Below, piece after piece: positions 1 to 8,377 of a stretch of DNA of 14,438 bases. A program made the translations under genes and the position numbers. Source of the stretch: Myxococcota bacterium (lineage in GTDB: Bacteria; Myxococcota; JACRCW01); NCBI GenBank assembly GCA_040752415.1, contig JBFMGU010000265.1:1-14438 (forward strand). The letters run 5' to 3'. Below the pieces are notes generated by a model that saw nothing but the letters and a program-made list of their open reading frames with translations, had not been told where the DNA came from and ran no database searches. The first letter of the stretch is position 1, and each line of letters starts with the position of its first letter.

Positions 1-61
1 GGGCTGACCATTGCCGGCCATTGAGCCCGTTCACGCAGTGCCGGCAACGGGCAGCCCCTAC
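1..61 (-). repeat. GTAG-led hairpin, REP-like element
   Basis: The minus strand reads GTAG (61-58), then GGGCTGCCCGTTGCCGGC...GCCGGCAATGGTCAGCCC. Positions 1-18 pair with 57-40 at 16 of 18 positions by Watson-Crick pairing. It shares the first 9 nt (GTAGGGGCT), the closing AGCCC and the hairpin length (57 vs 56 nt) with the hairpins at 13374-13433 and 13542-13601. Confidence 0.6.
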
Positions 62-202
62 ATTGCTGGCCGCTTCTCCGCCGCTTCGACCGCGTGAACG
101 GGGCAAGCGTCGCTGATTGAGGACCAACGTTGCTTTCCGCGCATCCCCGAGCTCGTCGTGGTCCGCTGGTAACGCTGGGACAGCAATTGCCGCGCAGCGT
201 CC

Positions 203-499
203 TCACCCGCCCGCGCGCTTCTCCCTCATCCGCAGCACGATATCCATCAGCACCACGAGCCCGATGCCCCACATCAGCAGCAGCGGCAGGCTCATGGGCA
301 GCGCGCGCACCACCGCTTCCGTCGACGGCGCCAGCGCGAAGGCCAGACCGTGGGAGAGCAGGTCAAACACCGCCGCCGACGTGAGCAACGTGGCCAGCGA
401 GCGACCCGGGCGCGCCTTGCGCAGCCGCCAGTGCACCAGGAAGGTCACCAGCAGCACCAACCCGAAGAAGACCACCGCAATGGACGCCTTGACCGGCAT
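203..499 (-). CDS. Small hypothetical membrane protein (98 aa, about 3 TM helices)
   Basis: ATG to TGA ORF with three hydrophobic stretches (SIAVVFFGLVLLVTFLV, LATLLTSAAVFDLLSHGLAFALA, LPLLLMWGIGLVVLMDIVL) flanked by basic residues. Divergent from the protease gene. Confidence 0.65.
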   Translation of the reverse strand: MPVKASIAVVFFGLVLLVTFLVHWRLRKARPGRSLATLLTSAAVFDLLSHGLAFALAPSTEAVVRALPMSLPLLLMWGIGLVVLMDIVLRMREKRAGG

Positions 500-580
500 T
501 TCCCGACGAGCCTCCGCGCGTGCGCTCTAACCGCCCGCCGCACAGTTTGTCGACCCGTTCCCCGGTGCTACACGGGCGCC

Positions 581-1990
581 ATGCGTTGCCTGCGACCCCT
601 GCTCGTGGCCACGTCCCTGCTTGGCGCGGGGGACGGCTGGGCCAATGCCCTGGACCACCTGCGCACCAAGGATGACATCGGGCTCAACAAGGTGCCGTCG
701 TCGGGAATCTCCCGCGTGCTGGTAATTCCGGTGCGCGTGGGCAGCGGGCTCACCACCAGTGAGCGCAACCAGCTGGAGAGCATCTTCGACCCCGCCGGTG
801 GCGTCGGCACGTTCCGCGAGTACTGGCAGGTCAACTCCGGCGGGCGCTACGACCCCATGCCCGTCCTCGTCGACCCCGTGGTCTACACCGACCGCTGTCC
901 CATCCCCGGCAAGACGCTGAGCAACTGCACCTTCTCGCTCAACGACCTCGGCCTCATCAGCAGCAAGGGCCTCAAGACCACGCTGGAGGACATCCTGGGC
1001 CGCGTCCGCGACGAGCAGGACGTGGACCTCACGCAGTTCGACATCAACGGCGTCAACGGCACGCCCGACGGCTACTTTGACGGCCTCATCATCGACACCG
1101 ACATGTACAGCGGCATCGGTTTTCCGCTCGCCGCGTTGGACAACACCGCGGTGGTCTCGGTGACGCCGGGACAGCCCGACGCGGGCGCCACGGGGGCCAC
1201 GTTGACGGCGGGGATCGTCGCCATGATTCCGCCGGAGTTGCACGAGTATGGCCACGTGCTCGGCTTCATCGACCTCTACGGTGGTCCCACCGTCAATGAC
1301 CTCATGAAGGACATCGACTCCACGCTGGGCGCGTTCAGCCGCCTGCAGATCGGCTGGGGCGAGGCCACGGATGTCACCGGTGACCTCGAGATCGACCTGC
1401 CGCCGGTGCTGGAGGGCGGAACCATACTGCGCTTCGGCAGCGCGCCGCGCTACGTGCTGGTGGAGAACCGCGGCGGCACGCAACACGGCATCTACGACGA
1501 GTCGCATCCCGGCATCTACGTGTACAGCGTCGACGAGAGCGAGCTGCCCACCGACCCGCTCGGCTTCATCGACATCTTCAACCGCACGCTCTACCTGCCC
1601 AACCAGGATCCGCCCTACCTGTTCGTGAACATGCCGGTGGACTGCAACCTGGGCTCGCGCACGCGACCAGGGACCTGCGCGTTGGCGGCGGAGAACGAGG
1701 GCCGCGTGCTCACGCATGCCAGCGGGGAGTCCGTGGGCTTCGCCATCCGTCGTGGCGCCACGCAACCGGAGGGCACCATCCATCTCTCCATCCGCCAGGG
1801 CACGGAGCTGCCGCCGGAGATTCCCAGCAGCACGCAACCCGACGCGGGCACCACGACGACGCCACCGTCGGAGGAACCGTCCCAGACCGGCGGCTGCGCC
1901 AGTTGTGAATTGGCCACGGCCTCTCCGCTCGCACTGCTCGCGCTGCTGCTGCGTCGTCGACGCTCCTGCAGCGGTTCCCGGTGGAGTTGA
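581..1990 (+). CDS. Secreted zinc metalloprotease, M6 (immune inhibitor A)-like, with MYXO-CTERM-like C-terminal sorting signal
   Basis: Start moved to ATG 581 (MRCLRPLLVATSLLGAGDGWANA, signal-peptide-like). M6-like motifs: RVLVIPV, TFREYWQVNSGG, DLTQFD..DGYFD, HEYGHVLGFIDLY (HExxH at 1241-1255), LGAFSRLQIGW, YVLVENR, GIYVYSVDE. The tail is a Pro/Ser/Thr linker, GGC, a hydrophobic stretch and RRRR (~1889-1965). Confidence 0.8.
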   Translation: MRCLRPLLVATSLLGAGDGWANALDHLRTKDDIGLNKVPSSGISRVLVIPVRVGSGLTTSERNQLESIFDPAGGVGTFREYWQVNSGGRYDPMPVLVDPVVYTDRCPIPGKTLSNCTFSLNDLGLISSKGLKTTLEDILGRVRDEQDVDLTQFDINGVNGTPDGYFDGLIIDTDMYSGIGFPLAALDNTAVVSVTPGQPDAGATGATLTAGIVAMIPPELHEYGHVLGFIDLYGGPTVNDLMKDIDSTLGAFSRLQIGWGEATDVTGDLEIDLPPVLEGGTILRFGSAPRYVLVENRGGTQHGIYDESHPGIYVYSVDESELPTDPLGFIDIFNRTLYLPNQDPPYLFVNMPVDCNLGSRTRPGTCALAAENEGRVLTHASGESVGFAIRRGATQPEGTIHLSIRQGTELPPEIPSSTQPDAGTTTTPPSEEPSQTGGCASCELATASPLALLALLLRRRRSCSGSRWS

Positions 1991-2068
1991 CCGTGACGAC
2001 GGGATGGACCTGACGCCTGCGAATTGATGGGCCCTTGGCCGCGGAATCGCAGACAAGAATGGATGGAA

Positions 2069-2317
2069 TCAGTCGTTGTCGGGCTCACGCGCGAGGTCGC
2101 CGTCGGCGTCCAGGTAGTACATCCAGCCCTTCTCCCGACGGATCCCCGTCTTCAGGATCACCTCCGTGGGAGCCCGCGCCACGCCGCGCTGCATGCGCAC
2201 CACGTCGCCATTCTTCTCGACGTAGTAGATGTACCTGGCATCATCCTTGGCGATGCCCGCCTTGAGGACCTTCTCCGGGCCCGCGCCCTCCGGCACGGCC
2301 TTCTTCTTGGCTGCCAT
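2069..2317 (-). CDS. Small hypothetical protein (82 aa) made of two tandem ~26-aa repeats
   Basis: ATG 2317 (MAAKKK) with GC-rich third codon positions. Repeats: EKVLKAGIAKDDARYIYYVEKNGDVVR and EVILKTGIRREKGWMYYLDADGDLAR. Upstream in-frame starts (2329, 2338) are also possible. Confidence 0.8.
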   Translation of the reverse strand: MAAKKKAVPEGAGPEKVLKAGIAKDDARYIYYVEKNGDVVRMQRGVARAPTEVILKTGIRREKGWMYYLDADGDLAREPDND

Positions 2318-2358
2318 GGGCCCTGTCATGGAGCACACCCCGGGTCCCGTTCAAGTTC

Positions 2359-5300
2359 TCAGTGCGTCGTCAACAGGACCAACATGTTGTTGGGATCCCG
2401 CACGCCCAAGGCCAGGTCGGCCCGCCCGTCGCTCAGCAGGTCACCCACGGCCACGTGCGCGCCGTAACCGGGCAGGCCGCGACGCTGCAGCAGGTTGAAG
2501 TTCCCGGTCCCGTCGCCCAGGTGGAGGCTCACCACGCGCGCGGTGGTCTCGGTGGCAATCACGTCGGCCATTCCGTCGTCATTCCAGTCCATCACCACCA
2601 GGTCCAAGGGGCTGATGGGCAGCACGGGACCTTGCAGCAGCGTACCGGCCCCTTCGCCAAACCAGGTCTGCACCTGTCCTTCTCCGCCAGGCGTCACGTT
2701 CTCTCCCGCCAGGACCACGTCGTTGTCACCGTCGTGATCCAGGTCCGCGGCGAAGACGCGGCGGGGGATGAGGCCCGCCGGGTGGAACGACGCGCTGGGC
2801 AGGTCACCCGGCGCGCCGGGCACCAGGGTCAACACCGCCACCTCCGCGCTGTCGCAGCCGATGACGAGGTCCAGCCAGCCGTCGCGGTTGAAGTCGGCCA
2901 ACGCCACCGCGGTCACGAGGTTGCAGGCGGTGGGAATGTCCACCGGGGCGAAGGACTCCCCGTCGCCGAGCAGCAGGTGCACCTTGTCGCCCGCGGTGGT
3001 GACCACGTCGAGGTAGCCGTTGTTGTCCACGTCACCCACGTCGAGCTGACCGGGGCTCACCAGGAGGGAATAGCCCATGGGTGTCCAGCTTTCGCCGTTG
3101 CTCAGGTGGAACCGCACCTCGAACAGCGGGTCCTGGTCGACGGAAGTCACGAAGTCGTCGATGCCATCGCGGTTGAAGTCGCCGTGCGCCAGCGCTCGCA
3201 CGCCGGTCGTCACGTCGATGTCCAGGCCGTAGGACACGGTGGCGCTGCCGTCGCCGTAGTAGAGTGCCACGGCGCCCTGGTCGGCGGTCACCACGTCATG
3301 CGCACCGTCGTGGTCGACGTCGGTCACCACCAGGCCCACCACCGCGCTGGCGACGGGGACCACCGCGTCGGGCAACGCACCCATCTCCACCGAGGGCACC
3401 ACCGCCACGGTGCGGTCCACGTTCGCGTGACCCACCACGAGGTCCGCGGCTCCGTCGGCATCCAGGTCCGCGGACGCCAGCGCGCCAATGGCCTCAATCA
3501 CGTCGACGTCGGAGCTGCTGTAGGAGTCGGCGAGGCCGGGACGGACCACGCGCACCACGCTGCCACCGGGAGCCGCCACCGCCACCGCGCCGCCCAACGT
3601 CGTGGCCAGCGTGGTGTTGGGGAGCACCGGAGCAATGACCCGAGGCTGGAACGCGCGCGCGCCCAGGTTCTCGCGGAAGTGCAGCCCGTCGGCGCGGAGG
3701 ATGGCCAGGTCCGGGAGCGCATCCAGCGTGAAGCCCACGACGACCACACCGTGCACCCCTGGCTCGGCGGACTCCGTGGGGCCGGTGAATCCGCCGTGAC
3801 CGTCGCCCCAGTACAGCTGCACGTTCCCAGCCACCCCGTCGACGACAATGGCGTCCAACAGACCATCACCGTCCAGGTCCGCGGAAAGCATCTGGGTTGC
3901 CGTGCCCGCCAGGCCGGTCCTGACCACGTCGCGCTGGTACGGGCGGGGCCCGCGCACCAGCTCCAGCGTGTCCGCCTTGCGCACGAGAATGTCCATCTCG
4001 CCATCCAGGTTGAAATCACCGCTGGTGAACGCAATGGCGTTGCTGGCCATGATCGCGGAGGGGCGCAGCGTGCCGGCATCCCAGACGTGGACCTCGACGT
4101 CACCATTGGTGAGCCCGGCGGCCAGCTCCGCCTTTCCGTCGGCGCGCACCGCCAGCGCCTCGAGCTGCTTCACCGCCCCACGCACATGGGAACCATCCGG
4201 GTACAGCGCGCCGTCGCCCAGGCCCCGCAGCGCATCCACGCTTCCCGCGGCGCCACCGGTCAGCACGTCGGGTTTTCCGTCGAGGTTGTAGTCCATCACC
4301 GCCAGGGCGGTCGCCGCGTCGCTGACGCGAACCACGTGCGGCGCGGGCTGCAGCGACGGGGCACAGGCGCGGAAGCGCTGGTTCAGCAACAACGTGACAT
4401 GCGTGGCGTCGACGTGGCCCACGGCGAGATCGGTGCTTCCGTCGCCGTCGATGTCCGCGGGGGTCATCACCCCGGGAGCATCCGGGACCACCACGGTCTC
4501 GGGGGTGCTCGTGCCATCCAGCGGTCCCCACAGGCGCACCAGGTCCACGGTGTCGTTGGCCACCAGGTCCAGCCAGCCGTCGTCGTCGAGGTCGAGCACG
4601 GCAATGGGCGCCAGCGCCGTGGTGATGGCCACGCGCGCGCCAAAGGAGAACGCGCCCTGACCATGGAACACGGCGGTACCCGCATCCGACGCCACCACCA
4701 CGTCGACGACGGAGTCGCGGTCCACGTCGGCCGCCACCACCAGGGACACCACTCCGGTTTCACCCAGCGGCACTCCGGCCTGGAAGTTCGGCCCCGCGGC
4801 CAAGGTGACGTTGGGATCCGTGCCGCCGAAGATCAACGCATCCACCGCGCCGTCGTCGTCCAGGTCCGCGAGCTCCAACCCGGATGCGCTGGCGCGCAGG
4901 CTGGCGGACACGAACGCCGCGTACACTCCCGGCGTGCGCGACGAGACCCGCCACACCAACGCCCCCGCGGCGGTGGCCACCACCACGTCCGGCCACCCGT
5001 CTCCGTCGACGTCACCCACGCGCAGCGCGGCCACTCCCGCCCCGGGGCTCATGGCCAGGCTGAGCGGCGCGGCAAAGGTTCCGTCCCCAACGTTCTCGAG
5101 GAGAAGCACCTCGCTCGACTCGTTCGCTCCCACCAGCAGGTCCACGTCGCCGTCGTGATCCATGTCCGCGGCCTCCACGCCGACGAGGTCGTGGCCGCTG
5201 AGGTCCACGGTGCGCTCGTTGAACCCGGGGGACTCGCGCTCGTAGATGCGCACGGCGCCAGGGAGCAGCGCGGCGATCTCCGGTGTTCCGTCGCCATCCA

Positions 5301-8300
5301 GCTCCGCCACGGCCACGTCGGTCACGTCGAGGTTGGGGACGAAGTACTCCGGCACCAGGTTCACGTCGTTGCCGACGGTGAAGGTGTTGGACGTGACCCA
5401 GCCGCTCTCCACGTCGCGCAGACGGCTGAGCACGCGCACCTGCGCCGTCGACGCGCGGCTTCCCCGCAGGTCACGCGTGCTGTTCCACAGGAACGTGCGG
5501 GCCACGCCGCCGGGCGTGCCGGGAACGCCCGACACGCCGTGGAAACCTGAGTGCGCGGGCGCCTGCGTGGCCGGGAAGAACGTGCTCCCATCCAGCGACC
5601 ATTCCACGACGACGTCAACAGTCCGAGACGCCGGCTGCGCCAGGTTGTAACGCACCTCCACGCATCCCCCGGCAACCGGGTCGACGTCGACACCACTGAC
5701 CGCCGGGACGCCGAGGACCACGGTGAAGAGGTTGCTTTCCGTCGGAGCGACGCCGGACAGCAACACGCGCAACTGGAAGATGCCGGGTTCGCTGACGGAG
5801 ACGGAGAAGGTGGCGCTGCCGGTGTTGGCGGGCGGGGTGAGCAGGGTCTGACCGCGCAGTCGCGCCGGGTCCGGGCCCACCAGCTCCAGGTGGAACGCGT
5901 CGGACGTCGGAGCCTCGTTGTCGAAGAGGTCCCGCGCCGTGACGGTGACATCCATCGGCACAAGCGCCACACCGTCCTGGGGCTGCTGCGTGAAGACCAG
6001 CTGCGCAGGTTCGGCCGCGGTGACCTCCACGGTGTGCGTTCCCCGGATCGACGGTATCACCGCGTCCTGCACCACCACCTCCCACGCCCCGGTGCGACGC
6101 ATCACCACGCCGCCGGAGAACGTGTGCTCGCCGGAGTCCACGGCGGGCTGGAAGGAATGGTCGGCGGGAACGTTGCCGGTGGTGTCGGCGCTCAGGACCT
6201 GCACCGTGCCCGCGTAGCCCGGAGTGACGTTGTCGTAGTCATCCAGCGCCGTGACGACGAGATCATGCGCTTCGCCGGCACGCACGCTGTCCGGCATGGT
6301 CAGCAGGAACCGCGTGGTGAGCCCGGGACCCACCCGCACGGAGGCGCTGGCGGACAACCCGTTGACGATGTCATCAGCCGTCACCGTCTGGTCGCCCGGG
6401 GTCACCAGCGTCAGCGCACCGGCGAACAGGAAGTAGCCCGCGTCGACACCATCAAAGGTGTGCGTGGCGCTGACCGCCGCCGCGTTGTCCGACGAGGAAA
6501 GCGCCACCGTGCCGCGATAGGACGTGGCGTGATTCCCGAACGCGTCGTGCGCGGTCACCATGACGTCGTTGGGCTGCCCCGCGCCCACCACGTCGGGGAC
6601 CTCCAGCAGCAGCACGGCCGCCTCCCCCGCGCTCACGTCCACCGACGAGCCCACGTCGACGGCGTGGTCCAGGTCCACCAGGTGGACGAAGAAGCGCCCC
6701 GCCGTGCGCAGCTCCACGGTGAACACGTGCTCGGCGTTGTCGTCGGCGGTGAAGGTGTGGGGCGGAGGCAGCTGGGCGTGCGGGTCGTTGGAGGTGACGG
6801 TGATGGTGCCGCGGTACCAGGTGGCGCGCTCCCCGGTGACGGCGTCATCCATGCGCACCAGCACCGTGAACGGAACGCCCGCCACCGCGGCGCTGGGCGA
6901 CTCCTTGTACGGCGCGAAGGTGATGGACGGCAGGGTGCAGTCCGCGAAGCACGTCTCGTCCTCGACGGTGTTGCCGTCATCGCATTCCTCGCCCAGGTCG
7001 ATGATTCCGTCGCCGCAGATGCCGGCGCACGGGGCGCGGTTGTAACGGCACGTCGGGTAGGGGTCGCTGACGTCGCAGATGCCGTCGAAGTCGCGGTCGG
7101 CGCGCGTGGGATCGTTCTCGCAGGTGGGGGAGGCGGGAAGGGCGCCGGTGGGACCACAGTGGCACGGCGGGTCAAAGCTCACACTGCCCAGCGCCTCCTC
7201 CAGGTCGGCCTGGCCGTCGTTGTCGTCGTCACAGTCCACGGGAACGTTGTTCCACTGGCATGGCTCGCCGAGGTTCCGACCCGTCTGGCGACACACGTGG
7301 ATGCACTGCTCCGCCTCAGCCGGGTCCACGAAACACAGGCCATCCCCGTCGAGATCGGTCCGGCCGGCGCACGGTCCGTCCCGCTCCACCTCGTCGGGCA
7401 GAAAGAGGAAGTTGCCGCCGCCGCCATCGCTGTTCACGAGGAAACCGAGGATCCGCAACGGCAGGTACCCGCCCTCGTCCGCGGTGATCTCGGCGAGGTA
7501 GAGGCCCACCGGCAGCAGGAAGTCGTATTCCTCGTCGTCGGCGCGGGTGACGGCGTCGAAGCCGGGCACCAGCGAAGTGAACTTGTAGGTCATGCTCACC
7601 AGCGCCTGGTGCACCACGCCCAGCGCGCCACCGGCGTTCCCCTCGGGGAGCACCACGCGGCCGGTGACACGACGCTCACCCTCCAGCGCCCCGAGGACCA
7701 GCGTGGCCTCCGTGGTCAGGTTCTCGTCGACAACCACGGTGGTGGGCGGGCTGAGCAGCAGCGCGCCGGTGGTCTGCTCCCGGGCACCGGCCACCACCGT
7801 CCACGAGCCCGGTGCCAGCGGCGCAGTGAGGAAGGACCCATCGCCACCCGACGGAACCACGGTACTTCCGTCGAGAAGCGCCACCACGGTGCTGCCCGGC
7901 TCGGCGTTGCCCTGCACCACGCAGCGGATCCGTCCCGGCGCCACCAGCGCAATGTTCCCCAGGTCCACCGACGGACGGGCGCTGCGTCCGGGCGGAGGCT
8001 GGATGGACACCTGGATGCGACGGGCCAGCTCGGGAAGTCCGTCGTCATTGGCGTCGTAGGAGAGGGTGATGTGGTGGACGCCGGTGGGGAGGTTGCGCAG
8101 GGTGAAACGGCCATCCGCGCGCGACTTCCGGTTCAACGTGCTCCCGCGCAACGTGACACGCACGCCGGCCAGCGGATGGGGCGCGCCGGTCTCGCCGGGA
8201 AGGACGCCGGTCACCACGCCGGTGACGTCGCCTTCACCCAGGTGGGCGGGGAACTTCTCGAAGGTGTAGACGCATCCCACCGTCGACAACAGCAGCAGAC

Positions 8301-8316
8301 AGGTCACACCACGCAT
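2359..8316 (-). CDS. Giant surface lipoprotein (~1985 aa): carboxypeptidase-regulatory-like domain, Ca-binding DxDxDG motifs, Myxococcus Cys-rich repeat, Ig-like repeats and FG-GAP/VCBS beta-propeller repeats
   Basis: Start MRGVTCLLLLSTVG-C, with a lipobox-like Cys at 8274-8272. PLAGVRVTL...ADGRFTLRNLP domain. DLDGDG, DDDNDG and DRDFDG motifs (~7030-7370). CGDGIIDLGEECDDGN...C (7017-6937). Three to four ~100-aa Ig-like repeats (~5720-6900). Many xDxDxDGxxDxxV FG-GAP motifs (~2359-5340). Confidence 0.9.
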   Translation of the reverse strand: MRGVTCLLLLSTVGCVYTFEKFPAHLGEGDVTGVVTGVLPGETGAPHPLAGVRVTLRGSTLNRKSRADGRFTLRNLPTGVHHITLSYDANDDGLPELARRIQVSIQPPPGRSARPSVDLGNIALVAPGRIRCVVQGNAEPGSTVVALLDGSTVVPSGGDGSFLTAPLAPGSWTVVAGAREQTTGALLLSPPTTVVVDENLTTEATLVLGALEGERRVTGRVVLPEGNAGGALGVVHQALVSMTYKFTSLVPGFDAVTRADDEEYDFLLPVGLYLAEITADEGGYLPLRILGFLVNSDGGGGNFLFLPDEVERDGPCAGRTDLDGDGLCFVDPAEAEQCIHVCRQTGRNLGEPCQWNNVPVDCDDDNDGQADLEEALGSVSFDPPCHCGPTGALPASPTCENDPTRADRDFDGICDVSDPYPTCRYNRAPCAGICGDGIIDLGEECDDGNTVEDETCFADCTLPSITFAPYKESPSAAVAGVPFTVLVRMDDAVTGERATWYRGTITVTSNDPHAQLPPPHTFTADDNAEHVFTVELRTAGRFFVHLVDLDHAVDVGSSVDVSAGEAAVLLLEVPDVVGAGQPNDVMVTAHDAFGNHATSYRGTVALSSSDNAAAVSATHTFDGVDAGYFLFAGALTLVTPGDQTVTADDIVNGLSASASVRVGPGLTTRFLLTMPDSVRAGEAHDLVVTALDDYDNVTPGYAGTVQVLSADTTGNVPADHSFQPAVDSGEHTFSGGVVMRRTGAWEVVVQDAVIPSIRGTHTVEVTAAEPAQLVFTQQPQDGVALVPMDVTVTARDLFDNEAPTSDAFHLELVGPDPARLRGQTLLTPPANTGSATFSVSVSEPGIFQLRVLLSGVAPTESNLFTVVLGVPAVSGVDVDPVAGGCVEVRYNLAQPASRTVDVVVEWSLDGSTFFPATQAPAHSGFHGVSGVPGTPGGVARTFLWNSTRDLRGSRASTAQVRVLSRLRDVESGWVTSNTFTVGNDVNLVPEYFVPNLDVTDVAVAELDGDGTPEIAALLPGAVRIYERESPGFNERTVDLSGHDLVGVEAADMDHDGDVDLLVGANESSEVLLLENVGDGTFAAPLSLAMSPGAGVAALRVGDVDGDGWPDVVVATAAGALVWRVSSRTPGVYAAFVSASLRASASGLELADLDDDGAVDALIFGGTDPNVTLAAGPNFQAGVPLGETGVVSLVVAADVDRDSVVDVVVASDAGTAVFHGQGAFSFGARVAITTALAPIAVLDLDDDGWLDLVANDTVDLVRLWGPLDGTSTPETVVVPDAPGVMTPADIDGDGSTDLAVGHVDATHVTLLLNQRFRACAPSLQPAPHVVRVSDAATALAVMDYNLDGKPDVLTGGAAGSVDALRGLGDGALYPDGSHVRGAVKQLEALAVRADGKAELAAGLTNGDVEVHVWDAGTLRPSAIMASNAIAFTSGDFNLDGEMDILVRKADTLELVRGPRPYQRDVVRTGLAGTATQMLSADLDGDGLLDAIVVDGVAGNVQLYWGDGHGGFTGPTESAEPGVHGVVVVGFTLDALPDLAILRADGLHFRENLGARAFQPRVIAPVLPNTTLATTLGGAVAVAAPGGSVVRVVRPGLADSYSSSDVDVIEAIGALASADLDADGAADLVVGHANVDRTVAVVPSVEMGALPDAVVPVASAVVGLVVTDVDHDGAHDVVTADQGAVALYYGDGSATVSYGLDIDVTTGVRALAHGDFNRDGIDDFVTSVDQDPLFEVRFHLSNGESWTPMGYSLLVSPGQLDVGDVDNNGYLDVVTTAGDKVHLLLGDGESFAPVDIPTACNLVTAVALADFNRDGWLDLVIGCDSAEVAVLTLVPGAPGDLPSASFHPAGLIPRRVFAADLDHDGDNDVVLAGENVTPGGEGQVQTWFGEGAGTLLQGPVLPISPLDLVVMDWNDDGMADVIATETTARVVSLHLGDGTGNFNLLQRRGLPGYGAHVAVGDLLSDGRADLALGVRDPNNMLVLLTTH

Positions 8317-8377
8317 GGGCCCCTCCACGGGCGCCAAGAGAGCCGTGGTGCCACACGCTGTCAATGCCGGGAACGGT

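Noticed and set aside
350..580. N-terminal extension of the protease ORF to position 350 (likewise the extensions to 10974, 10992 and 8364 for other genes)
   Set aside because: The extension overlaps the opposite-strand gene or intergenic DNA and buries the signal peptide or RBS-supported start, so downstream ATGs were used.
1991..2002. CCGTGACGACGG just after the protease stop matches 13661-13672 in the right arm
   Set aside because: A 12-bp match with no extension, which is expected by chance in 14 kb of GC-rich DNA.
527..2056. 509-aa minus-strand ORF, and similarly 8315-9808 (+), 9030-9824 (+), 9946-10824 (+) and 11049-12497 (-)
   Set aside because: All overlap well-supported genes on the opposite strand. 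The poly-Asp/Leu tracts of 9030-9824 are just the antisense of the poly-Ser linker.
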